Numbered from the stretch's first letter, positions 24,610-37,798 are shown. The stretch is DNA of 64,000 nucleotides from Octopus sinensis (GCF_006345805.1 NC_043002.1:90210001-90274000); one strand, 5' to 3'. A program made the numbers and translations. The notes: generated from the letters alone by a model not told the origin.

Positions 24610-25918
24610 AGTTTGGTCCCCCATCATTGCTTGACAACTGATGTTGGTGTGTTTATGTTCCTGAAACTTAGCAGTTCAGTAAAAGAGACCAATATAACAA
24701 GTACTAGGCTTACAAAGAATAAGACTTGAGGTTGATTATTTCTTTGACTAAAACCCATTAATGTGGTGCTCCAGCTTGGACACAGTCAAATGACTGAAAC
24801 ATGTAAAAGAATAAAATACCAACTAGAATAAAAAAAAAGAACCCAAAAAACTCCTACATGTATAACAGGTAATGGTTAGCAACAAGAAGGGTACCCAGTA
24901 TGTATTTGTACAGTCCATACTAGCATGAAATAACATGTAAAATGTGCAAATGAATGTATTCAACTTTTATTCCTTTATTCCATGGCTGATGAGCTTTTGT
25001 TTCTTTGATAGTTTTGGTTCATTGTTTTGCACCATTTCCCTCTTCCTTCTCCTTTTAGCACATATGAAAGTCTTTCGTAGATTGAGTTATGCTGTAATTG
25101 CCCATTTTCTAAAGAGTTCTATGAGGAAACCTGCCAATTTCAAACTCTAAACTACCGCAATACAGCCTTAAATCTCTGCTATCAGACACTTGGCTGTCTT
25201 CTACTGTATTTCACTACTGTTGCTTGTTCTACACACAGACACATAATATGCAATAATTCTATGAATGGTAGAAATAGACAGAGGGTTCTTATCAGCAATC
25301 TCTGTCTGCATCATCCATTCATCATCATCATCATCATCGTCATCATCATCATCATCATCATCATTCATCATCATCATCATCATCATCATCACACCACCAC
25401 TGTCATTACAAGCACCATTATTATTATAGTCATCATTGTCATCAGAATTGTTGCTGACATATAATGAATACTGCAGTTACCTGTACCAGTACAACCACCA
25501 CCACCACCACCACCACCACCACCGTCGTCGTCATCGTCGTCATCATCATCATCATCATCACTATCATAATTGCTGTCATCAGTACCACATGCACACACAC
25601 ACACACACACATACACACACACATATATAACCAGAAATGGCTCTGATGAAGGTAGCATTAATTTTGGGAGTTTGTTCAATTTTTCTCAACTGATCAATAG
25701 ACTAATTGAGTAAACCTATCAGTAATGTACCAATAATGACTACTGGAAACAACCGTAAGCCTAATTTGCTCCAATAAAGGTAAAATATGTAATAACCATT
25801 ATTTATAGCCTGTCCTGTATATCACTCTGTGTAAAAAAACAGTTTGTCTGGAGCCCCTCCACAGATTTAATAAATAGAATTGTGACAATCATAACCTTGG
25901 ACCCTGCCAAAAGAATAC

Positions 25919-25936
25919 CTGGAGTTCTTCACTAAA
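25919..25936 (-). CDS. Candidate micro-exon (FSEELQ)
   Basis: 18 nt, phase 0-0, acceptor aatattatttag, donor CAG|gtattc. Confidence 0.4.
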
Positions 25937-26013
25937 CTAAATAATATTGTTAGTCTGGTGTGTTAACAGAGAGCTTATGAAGTATTTTGCCTGGATTGGT
26001 AGTCCCTTATATA

Positions 26014-26413
26014 TCTTTATATATAAAAGTCAAGTTGTGTGTCTGTCTCCTACGATTTAGATTCCTAACTACTCCCACATTTTGCGGTGCAGTGTAACCA
26101 AAAGCGGGCATCTTATAGTCGTGATTCATATCGAGCTCTTCTGGGTATTAGTGCGCGTCTACGATGAGTCTACGATTTTAAAAATAATTTATCATCATTT
26201 TTTTTTCCATTTTAATGCATTTTTTTCACTATTATATAAGGGAAGTAACTCTCTAAAAATGTCTACGATGAGTCAACGATTTAAAAAAAAATTTACCAGC
26301 ATTTTTTTTCATTTTTAATGCATTTTTTTGCTATTTTTTGGCTATAACTCTCTAAAAATGCTTATATAGTTATTTCCCTTACAAACCCGAGCAGCGCCGG
26401 GCGATACTGCTAG
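26014..26413 (+). mobile_element. Non-autonomous Helitron-like element
   Basis: A|TC start, hairpin cccgagcagcgccggg, CTAG|T end. Highly similar to 5990-6384. Confidence 0.78.
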
Positions 26414-26595
26414 TAGTATATATAAAACTGCCTTCCATCACCACTGGCACCATCTTTGATTGATCTTCTATCACACCCCACCACTGCTATTGATTGACCT
26501 TGTATTGAATGAAGATCAGTATAAACACCTTTGAGCTATATAAAGCTTTAACTGTAACCTTTTAGTTTCTTTAATTGAATTTGACTCTAGAATAC

Positions 26596-26620
26596 CATTC
26601 TTTCTGCCAATCTGTTATTT
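26596..26620 (-). CDS. Candidate micro-exon ((P)NNRLAERM)
   Basis: 25 nt, phase 2-0, acceptor cctgctgtatag, donor ATG|gtattc. Bridges exons 28777 and 25919. Confidence 0.4.
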
Positions 26621-27050
26621 CTATACAGCAGGCAGCTATTGTTGTCGCCGCTAGAAGTGGAACTATCATCCCCATAACTTAGAGGTTCAGCCAAAGAGAC
26701 CAATAGAATACCCAGGCTTACAAAAAAAAAAAAATACAGGGGCCAATTCAGTAGATTAAAATTCTTCAAGGCAGTGTCCCAGCATGATCTCGGTCTAATG
26801 ACCGAGACAAGTAAAAGAAATAAAAGAAATATACTATCAAGGTGCACGCATGGTTGTGTGGTAAGCAGCTTGCTTCCCAACCACATGGTTCTGGGTTCAG
26901 TCCCACTGCATGACACCTTGGGCAAGTGTTTTCTATTATAGCCTTGAACTGACCAAAGCCTTGTGAGTAGATTTGGTAGGTGGAAACTGGAAGAAGCCCT
27001 TATATATATATATATATATATATATAAGAAAACAAAGTGTACGTACGCTG

Positions 27051-27104
<54 letters not shown>

Positions 27105-27122
27105 TATATATATATATAAAAT

Positions 27123-27274
27123 AAAATACAAAATGGGACAAGAACTCAAAACATCTGGATGACCATCCTTGTTTTTTTTTGTATTGTTTATCTGGATGTT
27201 TTGTTGTCCCCTTTTGTACTTTTGTATCACCTAGTTGTCCGGATGTTTTGCGTTCTTGTCCCATTTTGTATTTT
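27123..27274. mobile_element. Small fold-back element, ~36 bp inverted termini
   Basis: aaaatacaaaatgggacaagaactcaaaacatctgg versus ccggatgttttgcgttcttgtcccattttgtatttt (2 mismatches). Confidence 0.75.
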
Positions 27275-27287
27275 GATGGATGGAAGG

Positions 27288-27667
27288 ACTCCATCGGTTA
27301 CGACGACGAGGGTTCCGGTTGATCCGAATCAACGGAACAGCCTGCTCGTGAAATTAACGTGTAAGTGGCTGAGCACTCCACAGACACGTGCACCCTTAAC
27401 GTAGTTCTCGGAGATATTCAGCATGACACAGAGAGTGACAAGGCCGGCCCCTTGAAATACAGGTACAACAGAAACAGGAAGTAAGAGTGAGAGAAAGTTG
27501 TGGTGAAAGAGTACAGCAGGGATCACCACCACCCCCTGCCGGAGCCTCGTGGAGCTTTTAGGTGTTTTCGCTCAATAAACACTCACAACGCCCGGTCTGG
27601 GAATCGAAACCGCGATCCTATGACCGTGAGTACGCTGCCCTAACCACTGGGCCATTGCGCCTCCACA
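27288..27667 (-). mobile_element. tRNA-derived SINE family C, intact
   Basis: Minus-strand head ggaggcgcaatggcccagtggttagggcagcg...ggtttcgattccc with A and B boxes. Degraded copies at 2990, 33780 and 41220. Confidence 0.88.
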
Positions 27668-27694
27668 TTTTGTATTTTATTATATATATATATA

Positions 27695-27758
<64 letters not shown>

Positions 27759-28337
27759 TGTGTATGTATGTATGTACTTGTGTCTTTGTGTCTTTGTGTC
27801 TGTGTTTGTCTCCCCATCACCACTTGACAACCAGTGTTGGTGTGATTACTTCTCTGTAACTTAGTGGTCTGGCAAAAGAGACTGATAGAATAAGTACCAG
27901 GCTTTAAAAATAGGTTCTGGGGTCAATTTGTTCAATTAAAAAAAAAACCCTTCAAGGTGGTGCTCCAGCATGGCCACAGTCAAAAGACTGAAACAAGTAA
28001 AATAATAAAAGAAAGAAACATTATCTAGTTTCCATATCTGAAAGAGTTTGGATATCAATTTGATATTAACTGAATTGTCTGACAACAGCGTACGTGTGCA
28101 TACAAAAAGTAGTTTTATACGCCATCTATCTTTTGTTGTAGAATGTCGTGTTTGAAACTATTTTCTGTTGAGATATCTCAAATTTATGAGGCAACGTGAC
28201 TTGTAGAAAAAAAGACTAATTCTAGTTTTTCATTTATCTTTTTTAATTGGTAGATATTTAACATTATTACTGGAAAAACTAGGACAAAGTTTTGTCAGTG
28301 AACAGGTTGCGGTCTCAATGCGATGAAAATATTTTGA

Positions 28338-28740
28338 CCGAGTGGCTGTGTGGTAAGTAGCTTGCTAACCAACCACATGGTTCCGGGTTCAGTCCCACTG
28401 CGTGGCATCTTGGGCAAGTGTCTTCTGCTATAGCCCCGGGCCGACCAATGCCTTGTGAGTGGATTTGGTAGACGGAAACTGAAAGAAGCCTGTCGTATAT
28501 ATGTATATATATATATATGTGTGTGTGTTTGTGTGTCTGTGTTTGTCCCCCTAACATTGCTTGACAACCGATGCTGGTATGCTTACGTCCCCGTCACTTA
28601 GCGGTTCGGCAAAAGAGACCGATAGAATAAGTACTGGGCTTACAAAGAATAAGTCCCAGGGTCGATTTGCTCGACTAAAGGCGGTGCTCCAGCATGGCCA
28701 CAGCCAAATGACTGAAACAAATAAAAGAGTAAAAGAGTAA
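28338..28740 (+). mobile_element. SINE family A, full length, young
   Basis: Near-identical to 2301-2700, with (GTAAAAGA)n tail. Confidence 0.92.
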
Positions 28741-28776
28741 ATAAGAATTAAATTTAAATGTTTAAGTGAATCTTAC

Positions 28777-28882
28777 GGTTTTTGTGTGTTTCTTAAATGG
28801 CTTATAAACACCTTCCACGCTGCAATTGTTTTCGTTCCAGCACACGATCTCAGATCAAGTAACTTGCTATGCAAGTACATCT
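28777..28882 (-). CDS. Candidate exon ((E)MYLHSKLLDLRSCAGTKTIAAWKVFISHLRNTQK(P))
   Basis: 106 nt, phase 1-2, acceptor atttcatattacag, strong donor ACC|gtaaga (in-frame stop if unspliced). Confidence 0.7.
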
Positions 28883-29388
28883 CTGTAATATGAAATTTTA
28901 TTTTGCAGTTAAAGGTTAAAAAATAAAATCCCCTTTCAGTCATAAATGACCATGAGATTGCACCTAGAAAGTTCCCCTCCAAGGCATAAGACTGGGTCAG
29001 GCTGCTTGTGGAAGACCAGCAGGGTGGTGTTGGTGGTGATACTTATTATGATGATGTTGATGGTGGTGGTTGTGGTCATGGTGGTAGAGGCTGTGGTAGA
29101 GGTAGCGATGGGGGATAAAATATATAAAACAAATAAAAAAAAAAATAAGGCAAGAAAATACGAGAAAGAAATATAAATACAAAAATCAGAATAGAAGTGA
29201 AGTTCCTGCATTTGATATAAATGTCTAGCAAATAGAGAAATTGCTTTGTCTGTTGTGTCAGTAGATTAATGGTGTTGGTATTATTGTTGTATAGGTTAAT
29301 CACATTCTTAGTGGTGCTTAGCCATGGCCATCTTTTTCAGACATAGTACACATGTATGCACACATGCACATGCACACACACACACACG

Positions 29389-29425
<37 letters not shown>

Positions 29426-29519
29426 ACACACACACACACATGTATTTGTAGATTATCCAAATTGTTCTTTCTCCATTTTGTAAGTTTCGAGAGGGACTTC
29501 ACTGTTAATTATAGCTATA

Positions 29520-29675
29520 GACATAGGAGTGGCTGTATGGTAATTCGATTGCTTATGAACCACATGGTTCCAGGTTCAGTCCCACTGTGTGGCACCTTGA
29601 GCAAGTGTCTTGTGAGTGGATTTGTGAGACTTGTGAGTGGATTTGGTAGACAGAAACTGAAAGAAGTCTGTTGTA

Positions 29676-29730
<55 letters not shown>

Positions 29731-29962
29731 GTGTGTGTGTATATGTTTGTGTGTCTGTGTTTATCCCCCCCCCCCAACATCGCTTGACCACCGATGCTGG
29801 TGTGTCTATGCCTCCATATCTTAGCGTTTCACCAAAAGAGACCGATAGAATAAGTACTAGGCTGACAAAGAATAAGTCCTGGGGTCGATTTACTCAACTA
29901 AAAGCGGTGCTCCAGCATGCCCACAGTCAAGTGTCTGAAACAAGTAAAAGAGTAAAAGAGTA
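29520..29962 (+). mobile_element. SINE family A with small internal duplication
   Basis: Head ggagtggctgtatgg; cttgtgagtggatttg duplicated. Confidence 0.85.
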
Positions 29963-30641
29963 ATCATGTAACCCTGATAGAGAGTTCCTTATTGACTCAA
30001 ACCCAAATTAGTTTATATTCTTAGTCAGATCCTTTTTTCAGTTTTACTAGCAAAACTAATATCCTTTGCAAATATTACTAATCATTTCTTCCTTCCTGTG
30101 AAATTTGTTAGCTTTATGTTGGTAATTATAATTGTGGTCAATATCCTGAAGACCATGTCATGCTGACTTTCATCTGAAAAACATTAAAGTAAATTGTTCA
30201 TTGTGCTTCCAGTGATCCAATACATTACAAGACATTATTTAGGATTCAAAGAAAAAAATTTCCTTTCATTTATATATAAGTCAAAACAAGTGCAGACAAA
30301 CAAGTTTTACCCAGCTAAAGCACAGTTTTTTTACCATCTGGTTACTCCCTTATGTTGTTAAAATCTTGTGTTTTCTGCATCTAAGTGTAAGCACTATTGC
30401 AGAATTTTGTTTAAATATTGGCTATGATCTGAGCTTAACAATATATGATTGATGAAAACTCTGAAATCTGTGACAGAATGTTCAAATTAATAAATCTGGT
30501 GCAGGAAATCACATTTAGTTTCATTGCATGGAGGCAAGTTTTTAAAATAAACACATGTAAAATTGAGAGGATATATTAGAATCTGTGTTTTTCTTATTGT
30601 ACATTTGTAACACAACATCTAATCATTATCAAATTACTCAC

Positions 30642-30709
30642 CTGTCTTCCTTACAGGAAATATCATCTTAATTGAGTTAAATCTTGTACAAGTTTATTAC
30701 TAAAACCCA
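30642..30709 (-). CDS. Candidate exon ending ..MIFPVRKT; 5' boundary ambiguous
   Basis: Perfect donor CAG|gtgagt with phase-1 end matching exon 28777. The upstream acceptor at 30709 is 1 nt out of frame; an AAG acceptor at 30666 is in frame. Confidence 0.45.
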
Positions 30710-31693
30710 CTGTCAATTTAAATAAGCAAGATAGATTTTTAAATAAAACATTTTACAGGTGAACATATTTGATGGTATGTTAGGTTAAATTCCGCTTAAG
30801 TTTAGATATTTAGCTATTTGTACCGACATAAGGAAATATTTGAACTCTGTGTGTCTGTCTGTCTCTTGCTCTCTCTGTGTCTTTCTCTCTCTTTCTCACT
30901 CTCTCACACACATGCACAGACAGACAGACAGACAGACAGACACACACACACACACACACATGAATGAATGAATCAATCAAGAGAATACAAGGTAGAAAAA
31001 ACCAGGGACAAAACAATCCCTCCAGTGCTGCTGAAACAATAAAGCATCTACAATACTTTGTGTAGAGTAGTTGGTAGTAGGAAAGGTGTCCAGCTATAAA
31101 TATCAGGCAAAAGAATGATATGTACAAGCAAGTATAACTCCTGACATATCTAGTGGGGTGGAGGGGGGCAGTAATTTCAAATAAGAACTAATATGGCTTG
31201 TATGCCTGGTCTTCCTCAGTGCTATCAGTAGCCTGTAACCCATTAAAACCTCTTGCATTGTCAAGCCATTGGCAACTAAACTGGCAAATTTACCAAGCTG
31301 TTACATGGCCACTGACTTCACTGAGTTCATCCACCTATCATGAAGAGTGTTCAACAAAAACCACTCTCCTTGCCAAGCAGAAAGGAGGGTGGTTTTTGTT
31401 GAACACTCTTCAGCAGGAAGGGTGGTTGAACGCAGTAGAGTCAATGGCCAAATAACAGCTTTGATAAGGAAAAGCCTGATGCAACACCTGTGCCTTTGTT
31501 TGCATCCAATGGTGTAGATTAGTTCTTGTTGGGCAATTGCATGCATTGCTAAGACAGTGTCGTTGACCTTCTGAAAGGCCTTTCCTCACTTTAAAAATCT
31601 TCAAGCACAGGCAGCAGCACTTGATTCTTAATATCTCTATTTATGTGTTGCATATTATGGCTGGCTATAACCAATTAAAAGTGAAACACTCAC

Positions 31694-31754
31694 TGCAAAA
31701 TTCCATGATGGAATAAAGGCATGTGTCAGCGTGGGGTGGTAACTCTCTGAACAC
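31694..31754 (-). CDS. Candidate exon (VFRELPPHADTCLYSIMEFC or CSESYHPTLTHAFIPSWNFA)
   Basis: Tandem acceptor cttgcagcag, donor GCA|gtgagt. Two frames open. Confidence 0.5.
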
Positions 31755-32279
31755 CTGCTGCAAGAGGTGTCCATCACTACTACATCTTTAATTGTCCGCA
31801 TCTATACTGCTTTAAGATAACAATCAATTGATGGCTTGAAATCAAGTTGTAGCCTCATGTATGTATAGACGTACATATAAATGTATTAATAATTAGAGTA
31901 CCAATACAGCATATGTTACGAATTAATATATCTATGCAGTAAAGCAGCAAGCTGCCAGAATCATTAGCACACCAGGCAAAATGCTTAGTGGCATTTTGTC
32001 TGTCTTCTTGTTCTGAGTTAAAATTCCATTGAGGTTGACTTTGCTTTTCATCCTTTCAAGATCAATAAGTATCAGCTGAGCACTGGGGGGGGGGGGGTGA
32101 TGTAATTGACTTACCTCCTTCCCTGAAATTGCTGGCCTTGTGCCAAAATTAAAAATTAATATATCTATACAGTTACATCCATATCATTATATTTAGTCTC
32201 TGTGGGATATAAGGCCTTGTTGTCAAACTGAAGAAAGTTGGAATGAAGATCACATTGGCTAGTGTTTGTCTTCACTCAC

Positions 32280-32321
32280 ATCAGAAATCCCTGACCTCTG
32301 CCGTTTAAACTGCCAAAGTAG
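32280..32321 (-). CDS. Candidate exon (LLWQFKRQRSGISD or YFGSLNGRGQGFL)
   Basis: 42 nt, donor GAT|gtgagt, acceptor ttcaataagtag. Two frames open. Confidence 0.5.
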
Positions 32322-32616
32322 CTACTTATTGAATATATATGTAAGTTCAGGGGTCTTACAAATATTTGGTGACCTCACTAGTCGTGGTGTCATGAAAACA
32401 AGTGCCCTCAATTCACTCTGTAAGATGGTTGGTGTTAGGAATGGAATCTAATGGCAGAAATCATTCCAAAGTAGACACTGGCACTCAATGTATCCCTCTG
32501 ATTTGTCCATTACTATTGAACTGTCCAACCCATGCCAGCAATGGGAAAGGGACATAAAATGATAATGATGATTGGAAGTAGAACAACTATATTATACATG
32601 AATACTGAACATGAAT

Positions 32617-32671
<55 letters not shown>

Positions 32672-34276
32672 GGGAGAATTCACAAAAAAAAACAAAAGAT
32701 GAAGACAGTTGGTGTAGACAACAAACAGATGTATTAGTTTAATGCTAGGGAAGTGAAGAAGTCTTTAACATTTCGAGTCTACGCTCTTCCTCAGAAAGGA
32801 ACTCAGAAAGAAACAAGGAGAGAAAATAATGTGTAGTGGCTAGTGATCTAAACCAATCTATCACTACTGGAGTCACCAACACATAACCATTAACTCTGTA
32901 TCAATGAGGATGCCTCTAAACAGTCACCTGATGTTGCTGGAGATAGTAACTAAGTGTCTTTAAATCATATCTTACCTTTGTAAAGGGAGGAAGGGCATGC
33001 AATGATACAGTTTTTGATATACTATTGAAGAATATGGGATCATGGTTGTAATGCTTTTGGTAATGGGTCATTTGGATCAAAATTGACCTAGACTTGAATA
33101 ACATCTCTTTGGAAAATATCTATTTGACAAAAGATGGCTGATGTCAGTCATATGATTATTTATGTCTTTTCTTGGTAAGATTGGGATTTTTATTCCAGCT
33201 GTTTGGTGTTTAGAAATAAGTACAGTCATCATGAATAATCATTGCTTTTAAATTTTAGCACAAGGCCAGCAGTTAATATATCTGTACAACAATTTTGGAG
33301 GTTAGGCTAAATTTTTATTGCTTTTGAATTTTAGCATAAGGCCAACAATTAATATATCTATGCAGGAATTTCATGGGAAGGGTTAAGTTGATTACATTAA
33401 CCCCCAGTACTCAACTGGTACTTATTTCGTCAACCTTGAAAGGATGAAAGACAAAGTTAACCTTGATATAATTTGAACTCAAAATGATTCTGCCACCTTG
33501 CTACCTTATTATAAGTAATTATTAAGTAGAGACACAGGAAAACAATATGGTAGTTCAGAAGATTGAATAAAGACTAAAGAAAAAATAGAATAAAATAAAG
33601 AATGAAAAAGGGGTCTATATTCATAACAAGCAAATGAGAAAGAAAACAAGCATATATGCATGGTAAACATTTACATATACAGATATACATTTACATAATA
33701 AAACATGTGTATGTGTGTGTGTGTATGCATGTGCGTATGCATGTGTGTTTGCATTTTTTAAAATTTTATTTCATCTAGTTTCAGCTCATGAGCTGTGCCA
33801 TGCTGGGGCACCGCCATTTATGAGAGAGAGTTGTGGTGAAAGAGTCAGTAGACGTTCGCCATTATTTTCTGCCGGAGCAGCGTGGAACTTAGGTGTTTCA
33901 CTCATAAACACACACATCGCTGGTCTGAGATTCGAACTCGCGATCCCTTGACAGCGAGTCCGCTGCTCTAACCACTAGGCCATGTGCATATATATATATG
34001 TATATATGTTATATGTAACAGAAATGGTATCGGCTTAAATTGCCATCTTTGAATCATACTTTATCTAAATACATCACATAAAGTAAATTTAATAAAGTAT
34101 TCGGCTGCAGATAATATCTCTTACAAACACGGGTTTAAAAGCATAATATATGCTGGAGGCAGGTGAAAATTGTCCTAACAATGGCTGGTTAAAATACTAG
34201 ATGTATTTTGGCCTCATTGGATGTTGGCAATTGCATTTATTCACAGCCAACCGCATGCTAAGATGAAATCTGTTAC

Positions 34277-34333
34277 CTCTGATACAGGAGAATAGTAAAT
34301 GAACAGTCCCTGACGTTGTAAATAGCTATCTAG
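34277..34333 (-). CDS. Candidate exon (LDSYLQRQGLFIYYSPVSE, or IAIYNVRDCSFTILLYQ from the acceptor at 34329)
   Basis: Acceptor ttttattcagctag (two AGs 4 nt apart), donor GAG|gtaaca. Confidence 0.55.
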
Positions 34334-34660
34334 CTGAATAAAACTCTATTATGCAACAGAAGCAGAATTAGTTTAAAATAGCCACCTGTGTATTGTACTT
34401 AATGTAAATACATCCGAACGTTCATACATGTGTGTGTGTGTATATTTATTTATATATGTATATATATCATTGCAAAAGTGTCATAAGTCCTAAGTGTATT
34501 TTCCGAAAACGAAAAAATAGTTTCACCATTCCATTTCTTTTTACATTAAGAAGAGCTTCAGCTTAACAATATACTTTGTTGGGTGCATAAAATCGTAACT
34601 CCATGCATGTAAATTTTCAGTCAGAAATATTTTTGGAAAACTGTTGTATGTGGGACTTAC

Positions 34661-34690
34661 TACACTTTCGTAAAATGCTAAACTGTTGCA
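34661..34690 (-). CDS. Candidate micro-exon (CNSLAFYESV)
   Basis: 30 nt, phase 0-0, donor GTA|gtaagt, acceptor caacatgtag. Confidence 0.5.
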
Positions 34691-35005
34691 CTACATGTTG
34701 ATAATTTTCATATCTTGGCATCTGAAGCAGCTGGAGATACGAGAGTTTGACCGAAAGAACTGGTTGTTGCAAGCAAAATTAAATTTGAAAAAGAACATAT
34801 TTGGCCTTATTTGGACATACGACAGTTTAACATAAAAGCAATGATGTGTATAAATGGGAGAAAGAATAAAATATATTCAATGATTTGAAGCTGATGGTTA
34901 ATTCTGTAGCTACTCAGTTTTTCACTATCTATGATCCTTTGGATGGCAAAAAATTAAATACCATCTTATTAAAAAGACAGATTAGATAATGGTTGATCAA
35001 GTTAC

Positions 35006-35098
35006 CCTCTTCTCAGAGAAACAAAGACATTGGGTTTTCAGGGTTTTAAAGGCTTTGATCATGTCATCTCTCTTGAGGTCGACCCAGCAAAATCTGTT
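35006..35098 (-). CDS. Candidate exon (NRFCWVDLKRDDMIKAFKTLKTQCLCFSEKR)
   Basis: 93 nt; only phase 0 is open. Acceptor gaatgctttag, donor AGG|gtaact. Confidence 0.65.
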
Positions 35099-35689
35099 CT
35101 AAAGCATTCAGTTTAATGTGTTGTGTAGGGGAGGTTGGAGTCAGGTGTGAAGAGAGGAAGTTCTCAGGCTGGAGACATGGTGCTAGCACTTGCATCAGAT
35201 TGACCCCAGCTACACCTCCCAAACCCCAGGCAACAGTGTTTAACCAAACAATAGACAATCTGATAATGCATACGCTGTATGGTAGCCTTATATCTTCTCC
35301 ATTCTCTTATCTTATCTTTCTTCATTTCTCTCTCTTATATGTTGTGCGTAATCAAGTAATTTTTATAGTTTCTCACAAATTCTCAAGTATTTCTACATCA
35401 ATTTAATTAACTCTGAATTGATAAAAAACAACAACAAAAATGATATCTGTTATTGTTAATGTTACTAATATATATATGTATTTTGAAGACTTACAAATGT
35501 TTGGTAAATAGTTTGATGTCTTGAATAACACACATAAATTTGATGTTTTCTTTAATAAATAAATTAATTTTTCTTATTTTTCCATATGTTCTACACAACT
35601 TGAGTTATGGATTCATATATAAATTAACCTGTTTGCATTAGAAACACTTAGTATTTGCATACACTTTCTTTCTATGATTATTCTCGAAT

Positions 35690-35975
35690 ATGCACACATA
35701 CAGTGCCACTGGACTGGCTCCTGTGCAGGTGACACATAAAAAACACCACTTGAGTGTGGCCGTTGCCAGTAGCACCTGACTGGCCCTCGTGCCGGTGGCA
35801 CGTAAAAGCACCCACTACACTCTCAGAATGGTTGGCATTAGGAAGGGCATCCAGCTGTAGAAACTCTGCTAGATCTGATGCAGCCATCTGGTTCACCAGT
35901 CCTCAGTCAAATCGTCCAACCCATGCTAGCATGGAAAGTGGATGTTAAACGATGATAATGATGATGATGATGACA
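35690..35975 (+). mobile_element. RTE-tail-type short retroposon with (GAT)n tail
   Basis: Homologous to the 3' UTR of the RTE at 14783-15300. Other copies near 5700, 10460, 38590, 44955 and 47770. Confidence 0.85.
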
Positions 35976-36468
35976 TACTTACATACACACACACACAGTG
36001 AAGATTTGTAAGACATTCCCAAACTTCTCCAACTGAGATTCTTATGTGAATATATGCACACACTTGGGTGCATGCATCGACAGGTCAACCAACACATCAA
36101 TTCAGCCTCTTATTTATAAACACTGGGAACCATCTTAACTCAAGAAGTCTTGTTGCTTTGCTAGTGAGCAACTTGATCTTTCTCAAGAAGAACTCAAGTT
36201 AAACTCAACGAAAAATCATACATATTAATGATAATAATTATTCTTTCTAATTTTGGCACAAGGCCAGTAATTTTAGGCGAAGGGGATAGTTGATTATATC
36301 GTCCCCAGTGTTCAGCTAATAATTATTTTATTGACCCTTAAAGGACAAAAGGGAAGGTTGACCCTAACAGAATTTGAACTTAGAACATGAAGATGGATGA
36401 AGTACCACCAAGCATTTTGACCAGCAAGTTAATAGTTCTGCCAACACACCACTTTAATAATAATAATG

Positions 36469-36518
<50 letters not shown>

Positions 36519-36519
<1 letters not shown>

Positions 36520-37051
36520 GCTGCCCTGATGTAATGCCAGGTAGTGGCTCTCATAGTTTCTGATCTTAACTGATTGAAAATGTTATGTACATGTTAAAGA
36601 GGCACTACTACAAATGTTCTTCTCAATACCACAGATTTGCTTGTCATTTGTTTGACTTTCACTGGTTGAACATGTCCCTTAGTGGCTGACAATATATACA
36701 TCTCTGATCATGAGCAGGAGTAGTAGGGGAGCATCATAGCCATGTGTTGAGAAAGATTTTTGGGGTTTGAATCATTCACCCCTGGAAACATGGATGTTTT
36801 GTTTAGCCTTAAACAACCCTTATTTAGGGACGCATTGAGTGAGATGGGCTACTCAACCTGAAGAAAATTCCACCCGCCCACCAACAACAAGGTCATGTTT
36901 ATCTTGATATGAGATCACCATGCTGCACACATATGGTTGTGATACATGTGCCAGGTGTACCTTTATCAGATGGGTAGACATGATGGGTATATTACGCTTC
37001 GTATATTAGTACCTCAGTGTCACTTTAATGGTATGCACTGCTGTTTCACTC
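36519..37051 (+). mobile_element. Retroposon 3' fragment embedded in (AAT)n, possibly Dong/R4 clade
   Basis: Flanked on both sides by (AAT)n; a shorter 5'-truncated copy at 37404-37719 shares the same 3' end. Clade assignment is inferred from target preference only. Confidence 0.6.
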
Positions 37052-37081
37052 AATAATAATAATAACAACAACAACAACAAC

Positions 37082-37118
<37 letters not shown>

Positions 37119-37403
37119 TAATAATAATAATAATAATAATCCTTTCTACTACAGGCACAAGGCCTGAAATTTTGAGGGAGGGAGCTAGTTGATTACATCA
37201 GCCTCAGTGTTTCACTGGTACTTATTTCATCGACCCTGAAAGAATGAAAGGCAAAGCCAACCTTGGCAGAATTCGAACTCAGAACATAAGGATGGACAAA
37301 ATGCCATGAAGCATTTTGCCCAGCATGCTAATGATTCTGCCAGTTTACCACCTTAATAATAATAATAATAATAATAACAACAACAACAACAACAACAATA
37401 ATA

Positions 37404-37719
37404 GTGTTGAGAGGGATTCTTTGGGGTTTGAATAATTCACCTCTGGCAACATGGGTGGTTCTTTCAACATCCTTAAACAACCCTTATTCAGGGACCTTTT
37501 GAGTGGAATGGGCTACTCAACCTGAAGAAAATTCTAACTGGGCCCCACCTGCAAGGTCATGTGCTGTTTATCTTGATATGAGATGACCATGTCGCGCACA
37601 TATGGTTGTGATGCATGTGCCTGGTGTACCCTTATCAGACGGGTAGTCATGATGGGTATGTTGGGCTTCGTATATTTTACCCCAGTGTCACTTTGATGGC
37701 ATACACTGCTCTCTCACTC
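37404..37719 (+). mobile_element. Second, shorter copy of the (AAT)n-embedded retroposon
   Basis: Colinear with 36745-37051, same 3' end, then (AAT)n. Confidence 0.65.
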
Positions 37720-37756
37720 AATAATAATAATAATGATAATAATAATAATAATGATG

Positions 37757-37798
<42 letters not shown>

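Noticed and set aside
24950-25140. Minus-strand protein-like stretch GFLIELFRKWAITA*LNLRKTF..
   Set aside because: Internal stop, no donor, and no recognisable family.
26587-27294. 235-aa ORF
   Set aside because: Read-through of a fold-back element, (TA)n and SINE sequence; only its last codons coincide with a candidate micro-exon.
34570-34860. Possible mariner remnant
   Set aside because: Only faint resemblance (EHIWPYL); no terminal repeats or catalytic motifs confirmed.
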